A stretch of DNA of 63,995 nucleotides, filler included, from Licmophora abbreviata (lineage: Eukaryota), in NCBI GenBank assembly GCA_900291995.1. It is 28 parts of 28 records of this genome, joined end to end, with 100 filler letters (N's around TTAATTAATTAA, not from the genome) between each part and the next. Parts side by side here need not be neighbours in the genome. Positions count along the whole stretch, not along the records: positions 1 to 1,195 come from OLMU01005455.1; positions 1,296 to 4,392 come from OLMU01005456.1; positions 4,493 to 9,186 come from OLMU01005458.1; positions 9,287 to 11,937 come from OLMU01005459.1; 24 more parts are not named here. One strand, 5' to 3'. The notes under the pieces were generated by a model, which had not been told where the DNA came from, ran no database searches, and saw only the letters and a program-made list of their open reading frames with translations. Below are positions 1 through 9,390 of this stretch, piece after piece. The position numbers were made by a program, and so were the translations under genes. The stretch's first letter is position 1; every line of letters begins with the position of its first letter.

Positions 1-1459
1 CCAAGACCATGAACATGTTGGGAATCGCCAACAGTGCAGTTGGTGCTTCAGACTTCCATAACATTCTAGGCGGAGCCGAGTTTGCTTCTGACTTCACCAA
101 GATTTTGACGGAAGTGGAAGGATTCGACAAGCTAATTGACTTTATCGAGAATCCCAGCACGCTGAAGAAGAAGCGCGCCATTATTGCCTTGGGCGAGAAG
201 ATTGCTGGGCTTCGTGACGCCAAGCGCGATGAAGGCGGTGATCTGGTCCTGACGAATAAGCCTCGACGTAGAACGAGCTATGCACGTCTTGTGCAAATTT
301 TCCAGAGTCTCCCTTCTCTTGCTGGCGCAAGCTCTGATGACTCGTCGTCAGATTCCGAGTCGGATGCCGAGGAGGTATGTCAGGGTGCTGATATGCCACT
401 TGTGCCGATACAAAGTTGATTAGTTCCCCTACTCACCATGTTTCCTTCCTACTTCACCATACAGACTCTCGAGGACTTGACTAGCGAGAGAAAAAGAATG
501 ATGCGCCAGTTCCGTGCCAACTTCCGCGAGCAGCCTGCTGCGACGACGCGGTCGATTTTGTCTTTCCTGACTACCATCAACAAGGAGATTGTTGCGGCCA
601 AGGCCATGTTCCTCGCCTACTCGGATCCCTTCGAAAAGTACCGCGCCCTTCTCTTCGAGTACGCTCATACGCTCGGACACGGAGTGGAGGCCTTTGCCAA
701 CGACCTCTACTTGAAGGCTCGTCAGGAGGGTGTCGCCATTCCAACGGATGCCCTTCGCCTCCATGGCCAGTGCGTCGGTATGGCAGTGTTGTGGGCAGGT
801 GAAATGTCCAAGAACCTCGGAAAGCTTGAGGGTGAGGGTTACACTTTGCATCAGTCGTTCCCGTATCTCTTCAACCGCGCCGGTGGCTTCTCCTTTCAGC
901 CTCTCCGCAACCTATGTGACGACCTCGGTGTCGACAAGGAAGAGTTCTGTGAACGTGTCCTGCAGGTCGTCCGTCGAGACAACAAGCGTGGATACTGCAC
1001 GTGCTCCGGGCCAGACAAATCTGTCGACCAACTCGTGACATGCCGCCCCGGCAAGATGCTTCGAAGTGACGACTCTAATGCCGAAGTGCGCTACTTGGTG
1101 GAGGTCGACGAGAACTGGCAGAAGGATGTACTGAGTATGGCCTTCGACGGTCACTTTGCAAGGTCGCCGACATTCGCAACGGTGAGCTCGTCTTTNNNNN
1201 NNNNNNNNNNNNNNNNNNNNNNNNNNNNNNNNNNNNNNNTTAATTAATTAANNNNNNNNNNNNNNNNNNNNNNNNNNNNNNNNNNNNNNNNNNNNGTCAC
1301 TTTGACAAGGTCGCCGACATTCGCAACGGTGAGCTCGTCTTTGTGCCCTCCAATGGATCCTTCACCAAGAGAAAACTCCTGACATCGAGCAGAGACGTTG
1401 CCAAACAGATTCGCTCGCGCTTGTTGGCTGCCTATGCCGCTGACGATCAGTCATTGTAG
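1..1459 (+). CDS. Sugar-phosphate cyclase (DHQS superfamily), 2-deoxy-scyllo-inosose synthase (BtrC)-like; 5' part lies outside the window
   Basis: ORFs 9-419 and 438-1247 join in frame through a GT-AG intron at 375-464. Motifs: IVAAKAMFLAYSDPFEKYRALLFEYAHTLGHGVE, LHGQCVGMAV, RRDNKRGY. The frame resumes after the linker (overlapping contig end) and stops at 1457-1459. Confidence 0.75.
1196..1295. other. Artificial scaffold linker (44 N + TTAATTAATTAA + 44 N); first of 27 identical linkers
   Basis: The same 100-nt unit, with stops in all six frames, recurs at 4393, 9187, 11938, 13043, 14275, 15562, 18397, 21372, 23842, 25579, 26771, 28144, 30955, 32278, 33636, 34803, 36269, 38314, 39462, 42173, 48379, 51127, 52880, 56217, 57358 and 59022. 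Confidence 0.98.
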
Positions 1460-1779
1460 CGTGTGTGAGAGAAGGTTATTCCGTTTTCTGATTTTTCAAG
1501 TTTTGTAGATACCACATGAACATAGCAATCAGCGCTAATAAGAGCTAATTTAACATTTTATCATGATGTGTGACTGTACCTGGACTGTATGCTTCGAGTC
1601 GACTCCTATGTGAACGAATGCTTCGAATACTGCTGTTTCTTGTTGCTACTACTTCGGTACCAAAGAAGCAAAGGCTGGACACTGCTTCACCGACGTGGTT
1701 TTAACACACATCATCTTGTCCATCAACCCTCACTCCTCTGTTACTCTCTAAAACTTGTCCTATTGTAATTCCTCTGGTA

Positions 1780-3065
1780 CTACATGCTATCCCAGATTCC
1801 ACTCTGCACTCCCCAAACTTGCTCCGCTGACTTCAAAAATCCCTCCTTCTCTTCCTCGATCAAAGGCAACGGCAACACCCGTCGCACCCCCGTCGCTCCG
1901 ACGTTGCACGGCAAACTCAAAAAGACATCCTTCTCGATTCCGTACAATCCCCGCACGCATGTACTCACGGGCAGGATGGACCGGGTGTCGCTCAAGATGG
2001 CTTGCGCAATATGCGCCGCACTCAAACCCACCGCCCAGTTGGTGTAGCCCTTCAAGGCAATGACATCGCCGGCACTCTCCACCACCTCACGGTGCATGGC
2101 CTTGTGCGTCTCATTGGATGTTTCGCCCGGTTTCAAGAAGGGAATACCTCCGACGCGGACCGCCGACCAGACGGGAATACTGCTGTCCCCGTGCTCGCCG
2201 ATAATGTAACCATGCACGGACTTGGAGTCAATGTCGAGTGCCTTGGCAATGAGGGAGCGCAAGCGCGAGGAATCCAAGCAGGTGCCGGAACCAAAGATGC
2301 GTCCGGCCGGAATGGACGGTCCGGCGATCTTGGCTGCGACGGCGGTCATGATGTCACAGGGATTGCTAACGATACAGATGGGAGCGTCGGGAGAATACTT
2401 CAAGACTTGAGGAATGATCATCTTCATAATGGCGACATTGCGTTCGACCAGACTGAGACGGGACTCTCCGACCTTTTGGGCAACGCCAGCAGTAATAATG
2501 ACCAGATGCGAGTCGGCTGAGATGCTGTAGTCGTTGGAAGCTTCGATGCGGACGCGTTGGTGAAAGGCGGATCCTTGACGAAGATCTTTCGCTTCGCCTT
2601 CGAGTTTGGACTTATTGACGTCGACCAGGGCAAGGGTTCCGGCGACTTCGCGGGTCAGCATGGCAAAGGCCTGAGCAGGGGGAGGGAAGATGAGAGGGAC
2701 TGAATGTGAGAACTCACGCAAAAAATCACACAAAAATCAAAAAGTTTTCAAACGAAAAAGTGCCCCCTCTATATACTTACAATGGCCATTCCAACTTGAC
2801 CGCATCCAACCACGGTGACTTTCTTGTGCTTGAGCTTGCCATCTCCGGCGATATCCTTGACATCCTTGACTGGAATTTCCTTGTCGAAAGGAATGGGAGC
2901 CGAACTGTCCTCGATGCGAAGCGAGTGGAAAAAGTCCCGAAACAAAGCTTCCGGGTCGTGGTCGGCCGTCGTCAGGGAACTCTCAGTGCGTAAATGAGAC
3001 ATGGTGCAGTGTAGTCGAGTGGAGTGGAGAAGAGAAGAACTGCGATACCCAAGGATGCGTATCAT
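1780..3065 (-). CDS. LDH: L-lactate dehydrogenase, two exons (intron 2671-2780); start at 3065 or 3002
   Basis: VTVVGCGQVGMA Rossmann motif, TAGVAQKVGESRLSL with the LDH-specifying Gln, VSNPCD, GSGTCLDSSR, GEHGDSS, KGYTNWAVGLS. Confidence 0.92.
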
Positions 3066-3447
3066 CCTTGTTTCAAAGATCAGCAGATGTTTTTTTGTGT
3101 CCGCCTTCGCTTTCGTGGCGAGGGTTCTGGTTCGCTTTGTGCGCGGAAGAAGAATGAACCGAATCTGTTCGAATCTGATTCGGAGCGTTCGCATCAAAAT
3201 CTACTCTTTCTTTTTCTCACTAAAAAACAAAGCATATTTCTGGGTAAGACGCGGGGGAGTGTAGAGCCAGCCGTCGCTCGTTTGTGACTGCTTGTGTCTG
3301 ATGGGTGCGAATTGTGAAACGAAATCGGTATGATACATACACGCGAGATGCTGCGATTAAGGTCCCAACGTTGTAACCGTGAGCTACTGGAAAAGCATAA
3401 TCTCGTGCATATCATACATAGATCCATGTTGTACAAGACGTACTTAT

Positions 3448-4392
3448 CTATCTTTCTTCATCACTACTACTAGTAGTCCGTTTGTTCTTCCACTCCTCCG
3501 GAAATAGGTCGTCTGGAATCATCATGGGGTGCCGAAAGGCATTCGGCATATGCAGGTCTGACGTGTACGGTCGATCGACAAATCGAAAGGCCTCGCGGGG
3601 CACGTCTTGGAGCTCGGTAATCTCGTCCTCGTCTTTCTTATTCAACAATGCCGTGTACCGAATATACCCCTGTTCGTCAATCCTCCATCGCATCAAGTCG
3701 CACAGAGCAAGCCCATCGCCACTTCCGAGCAAGGACAGGTGCTCCAGACCGTTGGGAAAATATCGCCTCCAGTTCTGTCCCACATAGGCATGATCGCACT
3801 GGAGCTCAATGTTACCAGGATAGAGCGGATACGGTAGCTCATCAAAGACCGTTCGCAATATACTCGCTCGATCACTGTTGAATTGGTATGCGTTACGGTA
3901 CGAGTCGCTGCCCTCGACCGGTTGCCACTCGGAAACATGGCGTGTCCATGCATCCTCCCATTCCGCACCATAGTCGAGAAAGAATTCTTCCCCGGGTTGA
4001 ATATCTCGAGTCGCAACAAACTCCATGGCCAGGCCAGCCGTGTGCTTTTCCGACAACTCCTCTACCGTCAGACTCAACCATTCGGGTTTGTGACTGCTCT
4101 TCTTGGCGTCGGCCCACTGCAAGGCTAGGTTGGCATGAGTACGATTGTGATTCACAAGTCCATTGTGAATGCCATAAGGACATAAGAGTAATGTCGACTC
4201 AGCATGGCCATAGCAGTAGTTCAATAGTAGCTGAGGCTGTACCGGCTGGGACTCGTTTGGCGTGTTGGTTCCATATTGGTCTTTCTGTACGCTGTACATG
4301 TCGAACCATGCCTGGTAAGGCACATGAATGAGCGGAATAGGTTGCACAATACTTCCCTTGGGTAGAAAGCGCGCTGCAAATGCACCGTGACC
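3448..4392 (-). CDS. SET-domain protein (diatom-expanded family), 5' end lost in gap
   Basis: NYCYGH...LLLCPYG...LVNHN and FVATRDIQPGEEFFLDYG, which are SET signature motifs. Confidence 0.8.
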   Translation of the reverse strand, partial: GHGAFAARFLPKGSIVQPIPLIHVPYQAWFDMYSVQKDQYGTNTPNESQPVQPQLLLNYCYGHAESTLLLCPYGIHNGLVNHNRTHANLALQWADAKKSSHKPEWLSLTVEELSEKHTAGLAMEFVATRDIQPGEEFFLDYGAEWEDAWTRHVSEWQPVEGSDSYRNAYQFNSDRASILRTVFDELPYPLYPGNIELQCDHAYVGQNWRRYFPNGLEHLSLLGSGDGLALCDLMRWRIDEQGYIRYTALLNKKDEDEITELQDVPREAFRFVDRPYTSDLHMPNAFRHPMMIPDDLFPEEWKNKRTTSSSDEER

Positions 4393-4659
4393 NNNNNNNN
4401 NNNNNNNNNNNNNNNNNNNNNNNNNNNNNNNNNNNNTTAATTAATTAANNNNNNNNNNNNNNNNNNNNNNNNNNNNNNNNNNNNNNNNNNNNGTGCTGGT
4501 GTAAGGTATACTATCATGACGACAGTACATGCCTGACCATCGCTGTTGCCTCCACCCTCCACTGCGCTAGAAGAACGTTCGTTCCTGAACTAGATATTCC
4601 GCTAGAGCTGGAAGTCCAGCACATAGATCAAGCTGCCTCAGGCTACATTCCAGAGAAAC

Positions 4660-5934
4660 ATGAATGAAGTCGACATCGATCCAACAGCCACCACGGCACA
4701 AGATCCGTCGTCGTTTCTGAGTTTGGGAGATTCTTTCTATGTCGACGAAGCCTATGATTTAGCCATTAATGAGTACGCGGCTGCTCTGGTACTCCTTGAA
4801 GGGACGAACAGCGTGATTCGATTTCGAGCCCTCGCTCATCGTGCCGCCGCCTTCCTGCAGCTAAAACGATATTCGGAAGCTATCGACGATTCTCGGACGG
4901 CTCTGGCACTGCTTCCTCTTGAAGGACAGCTCCGAAAGGGAGAAACAGAAACAGTCTATCGACGATTGGGTGTGGCTTGTTTCAATGGGAAAGGTAGTCT
5001 CGACGAAGCTAAGAGTGCTTTTGAGCAAGCCGCCCAGCTTGCCGACCTACTTCGAAGCGATGAGACGAAGGAGGATGCTACAGCGCGATATGATTATGAT
5101 GCATGGATTCAAAAGTGCAACGCACAGGCAAAAGGACAAGCACACGCCACGTCAGAAAAGAAAATTGCGGCTGCTGCGCACTCATCGCCTCCTATCGTCA
5201 CGGATTCTTCGACCCCTTCGGCACGCCCCACAATGCCAAAGTATCAATATTATCAGAGCGATGCGGTCATGACGATTGCTATTCTGGAGCCCAACGTCAG
5301 GGAGGAGAACTTGCATGTAACGTTTGATACCACCACACTTTCGGTTCGGCTCACAAAGGGAGGTGTGGACTTTACTGTCATTCATGGCACCTTGTATGAT
5401 ACTGTGGACGTGAGTCGTTGTCGTATCAAGATCATGTCGGAAAAGGTCTTGTTGAAGCTGCGAAAGGAGCAAGCGCATGAATGGCATGAATTGTTTGGCA
5501 AGGCAGAGATTAAAAAGAGCGGTCCTACTGTTGCTGGTGGTGGTAGCAAGGCTACTCCTTTCACGGCAGAAACTGTTCCGGCTACTGCTGCTTCTTTGAA
5601 AGAGGCCTCCGTCACACCCAATGCGAACAAGACGCGGCCATACGCATCGCACCGCGACTGGGACGCCATTGAGCGAGACTTGAAGCAAGAGGAAGAGCAA
5701 GAGACTCCCGAGGGTGACGAAGCGGTCAACAAACTGTTTCAACAAATCTACAAGGATGCCGACGAAAATACGAGGCGTGCCATGATCAAGTCGTTTCAAA
5801 CGTCCGGCGGGACCGTCCTGTCCACCAATTGGGATGAAGTGTCCAAGAAAGATTATGAAAAGGAACGACAAGCGCCAAAAGGGATGGAATGGAAGAACTG
5901 GGAAGGTGACAAGCTTCCTCAACATGAAGATTGA
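4660..5934 (+). CDS. SGT1: SGT1 Hsp90 co-chaperone (TPR-CS-SGS)
   Basis: N-terminal TPRs, CS domain ([15 protein letters not shown]), and SGS domain ([36 protein letters not shown]...PKGMEWK). Confidence 0.95.
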   Translation: MNEVDIDPTATTAQDPSSFLSLGDSFYVDEAYDLAINEYAAALVLLEGTNSVIRFRALAHRAAAFLQLKRYSEAIDDSRTALALLPLEGQLRKGETETVYRRLGVACFNGKGSLDEAKSAFEQAAQLADLLRSDETKEDATARYDYDAWIQKCNAQAKGQAHATSEKKIAAAAHSSPPIVTDSSTPSARPTMPKYQYYQSDAVMTIAILEPNVREENLHVTFDTTTLSVRLTKGGVDFTVIHGTLYDTVDVSRCRIKIMSEKVLLKLRKEQAHEWHELFGKAEIKKSGPTVAGGGSKATPFTAETVPATAASLKEASVTPNANKTRPYASHRDWDAIERDLKQEEEQETPEGDEAVNKLFQQIYKDADENTRRAMIKSFQTSGGTVLSTNWDEVSKKDYEKERQAPKGMEWKNWEGDKLPQHED

Positions 5935-6052
5935 TTGTAAGACTTTGAGTAAGGCGGTACTAGAATTCTATCTTTTAGGACATATCGTCTTCTTGTTTAT
6001 ATTTTAATTGGCTTTGACTTTCCACACTGCTTATACCACTACCTCTCCTGCG

Positions 6053-7489
6053 CTATGTGCATCTGGCAACGACGCAGCTGATATCGTCAAGCTTGCCGCC
6101 CACTCCATCCTTAAAGTCATCAAATCCATTTCGCTTGGCCAGTTTCGCATAGGGTGTCGGTGCCTTGTCATCCATGGACACTTTTCGCGATCGATCGACA
6201 ATTCGCTTCGCAATCACAGCCGCCTTGTCGGGTGCACTCTCGACAATGTCGACAATTTCCTTTTCATTCAAATTGTCAAAGACACCGTCGGATCCAGCGA
6301 GAATGACGTCCCCAGGCAAGAGTTCCAAATTGAGTCTCGTTCCGTCTCTCGGTCGATCTGGAGAATCTTCAGATAGCTGGTAGGGACAGTCAAAGTAATG
6401 CACAATCTCCCTCGTCTTGGCAGCAACCTTATTGTTACGAACCACCATGCACACGGAGTCTCCCAAATTGAGCACACGAAGGAATCCCTTATCGTCAATG
6501 GAGGCCACAACGGCCGTCGACGCCCCGGTCGCCGCTCGGTCCGCAAAGTCCGCCGCTTCGGTCAGTTTCTTGGTAATTTCCCCAATAGTCGTACCACCCT
6601 GCTGCTGTTCCAACATGCGTTTCATTTCGTTCGCAAGCGTATTGGAGTAGAGCGGAATGCCGTCTAACTTCTCCGCTCCGGAGACTCCATCAAAGACCCC
6701 AAAGGAACGCGGCAGGGTAAAGACCGCGTCTTCGCCGCCCCATGCGACCTTTTCAGGGTGAGGCAGTACGACGGAAGACATGTCCACGTCCACGACAGTC
6801 CGAAGTTGTTGTTGCGTAAAGATCTTTTCTTCGTTGCCGGATGCCGGCTTGGTGATGGTTGCAGTATTGGTAGATATGCCAAAGATACTATCGACAAAGG
6901 ACTTGTCCTTGACTGGAGCGTCATTGTTGTTGTTGCTGCTAGTTGACGATGAGGAAGCTTCTTGCGTCTTTTTCGTCCCCAAGATCCCCCCAAAGAAACC
7001 CCCGACGCCATCCGCCTCCTCCTGCACAGCGGCTGGTTCCGTTGCTACTTCTTGTTCAGTTTTGGTCTTTCCCACCAAACCATCGAACCAATTGGGTCCG
7101 CCACCATTGTCCCCTGTACTAGCCTGTGGTTCCTTCTTTTTCCCAAAGTACTCGTTTCGTTGCTTGGTGGAAATTTCGCTTTTGGCGTCGTCGAGCATGA
7201 TTTTGGGAAAGGTCCGCGTGGGCGGTTCCCAAAGAGACTCGCCCGTCTTTCCGTTAAAGTAGTAGACCAAGCCCGTATTTTCCTCGTCGAGATGGGCCGA
7301 CCAGTCCCCCTCCTTGGCGAGCGGTTCGACAAAGAGAGCTGTTTGAGAAGTAGTACTCGCAGTTGTAAGTGTACGCTGTAGAGCTACGGGTAGTAGCCGA
7401 GGGGCAAAGGCCGCGACGACGTCCGAAAGGACTGCAAGCGATAACAGTACGGAAAACGCCGTCCAAGGGGCACTCCGTGAAACTTTCAT
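6053..7489 (-). CDS. Plastid-targeted PP2C phosphatase (PTC7/PBCP-like) with a WW domain
   Basis: Signal peptide ending VVAAFAP. WW domain (WSAHLDEENTGLVYYFNGKTGESLWEPP). PP2C motifs GGEDA, GVFDGVSG, GASTA, NLGDS, GSDGVFDN, GGKLDDIS. Confidence 0.88.
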   Translation of the reverse strand: MKVSRSAPWTAFSVLLSLAVLSDVVAAFAPRLLPVALQRTLTTASTTSQTALFVEPLAKEGDWSAHLDEENTGLVYYFNGKTGESLWEPPTRTFPKIMLDDAKSEISTKQRNEYFGKKKEPQASTGDNGGGPNWFDGLVGKTKTEQEVATEPAAVQEEADGVGGFFGGILGTKKTQEASSSSTSSNNNNDAPVKDKSFVDSIFGISTNTATITKPASGNEEKIFTQQQLRTVVDVDMSSVVLPHPEKVAWGGEDAVFTLPRSFGVFDGVSGAEKLDGIPLYSNTLANEMKRMLEQQQGGTTIGEITKKLTEAADFADRAATGASTAVVASIDDKGFLRVLNLGDSVCMVVRNNKVAAKTREIVHYFDCPYQLSEDSPDRPRDGTRLNLELLPGDVILAGSDGVFDNLNEKEIVDIVESAPDKAAVIAKRIVDRSRKVSMDDKAPTPYAKLAKRNGFDDFKDGVGGKLDDISCVVARCT

Positions 7490-7987
7490 GGTTTCTAGCT
7501 AGCGAGAAAGAATATATAGAAAGAGCGGCGACTGACTGTTTTTGAGATCGATCCACCTCTTATTTTGTTGTACTTGTCTGGTATCTCGGGTTCATGATCG
7601 GTTTTGGAATGCATCATCGCCGTCGCCCACGCACTCACCAGCACGTCATCCACTCATTCATCTTAGGTCGAGTGAGTCGGATCTCTTATACCTATCCCGT
7701 GGACGGCACTCGACATCCAGTCGAATGAGTCGGTTCTCTGTTTCAATAACTGGAAACTGTTGTAACAGTTCGCCGACTAATACTGACGTGCTGTACCAAG
7801 CTATCACGCTATAGTTCGCTGTAATGCAGCTCCCGCTGATTCTGACCACATTGTTGAAGAAGCTTCTTCCTCTTCTCTGAACCCATTCCTAGCAGCTAGC
7901 TAGCAATTTGCCGGAACTAGCATGGATCCTCTCTATCCTACGCGTTTCACAAAATAATACCGGAGCTCCAACTACAAGAAGAATCGC

Positions 7988-8602
7988 CTACAGGACGAAG
8001 ACTAGCAAGGAAAAGCCAAGCAAGATGGCACATTGAAACTTGGCCGAGGCGACACCGTCACTGGTGACCTCTGGTTCACCGTCTGTACTTGGCATTTCAC
8101 TCGGCATCATTTCACCACTGTTTGGCATTTCACTCGGGGCTGCCGTCGATTCATCCCAATCGGTCAATGGAATAGAATCCCACAGCTCTTCAAAATAACA
8201 TAGCTGCACAGCCGCAGTCTCCTCCGTCTCATTCAGCTGCATCCACGAAAGAGAATCGGATGGCGGGGGTTCGACAACCCCGATCCAGCTACCAGCTGTC
8301 CATCCGAGAGCAGCCCAGTGCTGTTGTACTTCCTCCGCGGCGAGACCTTCCCAACCGTATCCGATATAGTGATTCACCCAGCAGTCCCAAGTCTCCTGCG
8401 TGAAACCAAGTTGTGTGACACCGAATTGCTCCACACCGAGATCGGCATAGGCCGCATCCTCGAGCAGGTAAGTTCCAGGATTATTCCAAGTCACTTCCAC
8501 GTAAGCAAGGGACGTCTGTGCAGTTATTTGGACAGCTGGATCGAGATCCCTCCATGGTATATATCGAAACGCAGGAACAGGGTACGGAAACTCAAGCGCC
8601 AT
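7988..8602 (-). CDS. Acidic Trp-rich repeat protein with hydrophobic C-terminus (possible GPI or membrane anchor)
   Basis: Four repeats of about 30 aa with pattern W/YxxL...LG/A-Y/F/W-xxxxW, then PSEM repeats and a C-terminal hydrophobic tail. The start may be 8602 or 8674. Confidence 0.55.
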   Translation of the reverse strand: MALEFPYPVPAFRYIPWRDLDPAVQITAQTSLAYVEVTWNNPGTYLLEDAAYADLGVEQFGVTQLGFTQETWDCWVNHYIGYGWEGLAAEEVQQHWAALGWTAGSWIGVVEPPPSDSLSWMQLNETEETAAVQLCYFEELWDSIPLTDWDESTAAPSEMPNSGEMMPSEMPSTDGEPEVTSDGVASAKFQCAILLGFSLLVFVL

Positions 8603-8926
8603 GGTGGTGGTGGTGGTGGTGGTGGTTGCACATAGTGAGATGCTGTGCTGTTTCGAAGCATCTATGGGATGCAAAGTAATAGAGAGTGTTTAAAACGGCA
8701 GACGGACAGGCAGAGATCACTAGTGACCTCTTGGTTTTATACTCCGATGGACCTCGTGCTTTTGATGGTCCGACGCGCGTCTCGCGCTCCGTGACCAAAA
8801 TGAGAACCTTGAAACTCTGAGCACCGATGCGAACCCAAACTCAACACATTCAAGACGGATCTTGTCTCACAAAATCATCGACAATCACATCATTTCTTCT
8901 GATTCATCTCACTTCCTCTTTCTACA

Positions 8927-9186
8927 ATGATGAACGCCTTCAAACCCCTCCTTACCCGCACAGCAGCTCGTCGTTTTGCAACGGCTGCCTCTCCACACGG
9001 CGCAGTTCCGGTACGTGCCTTACTGTGCTGACTTTTGGGATCTCATGCCCATCGGCGAGCCCGAATGCGAACCAATACCAAAGAAAGAATCGCTCTAGAC
9101 TCATCGCAACAAGGCACTCACAACTACTCCCCTTCTCTCTCTCTCTCTCTCTCCCACGCTCCAGTCTCTCGCAAAGTACAACTTCA
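8927..9186 (+). CDS. 5' fragment of a gene with a mitochondrial-type presequence; remainder lost in gap
   Basis: MMNAFKPLLTRTAARRFATAASPHGAVP, then a probable GT-AG intron (about 9010-9163) containing a (CT)n tract. Confidence 0.4.
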
Positions 9187-9390
9187 NNNNNNNNNNNNNN
9201 NNNNNNNNNNNNNNNNNNNNNNNNNNNNNNTTAATTAATTAANNNNNNNNNNNNNNNNNNNNNNNNNNNNNNNNNNNNNNNNNNNNCAAGCAATCGACGT
9301 TCTGTTTCTAGTAGGTACAACCAGAGTTTTCCATCTTGGCTTCTTCTGTTCTCTTTCCGGGCAGGCTCAGTTGTTGATTAAAGACTTTCA

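Noticed and set aside
438..1247. Calling the first gene a standard 3-dehydroquinate synthase (aroB) or an EEVS/DDGS of the gadusol/MAA pathways
   Set aside because: It has Glu in FEYAHTLGH and a DNKRGY motif, rather than LNxGH/DKK (DHQS) or GHT(F/W)SP (EEVS/DDGS).
5182..5925. 247-aa antisense ORF over SGT1, and similar long antisense ORFs over LDH, Ysc84, U-box and others
   Set aside because: Shadow ORFs of real genes; no motifs of their own.
1..7489. An aminoglycoside-type biosynthetic gene cluster downstream of the cyclase
   Set aside because: The downstream neighbours are LDH, a SET protein, SGT1 and PP2C; no aminotransferase or glycosyltransferase is nearby. The upstream side is outside the window.
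8603..8626. (GGT)n tract giving poly-His, poly-Thr or poly-Gly in different frames; also (CT)n near 9135, (ACG)n near 21295 and (TAC)n near 59307
   Set aside because: Ordinary short microsatellites in UTRs, introns or presequences.
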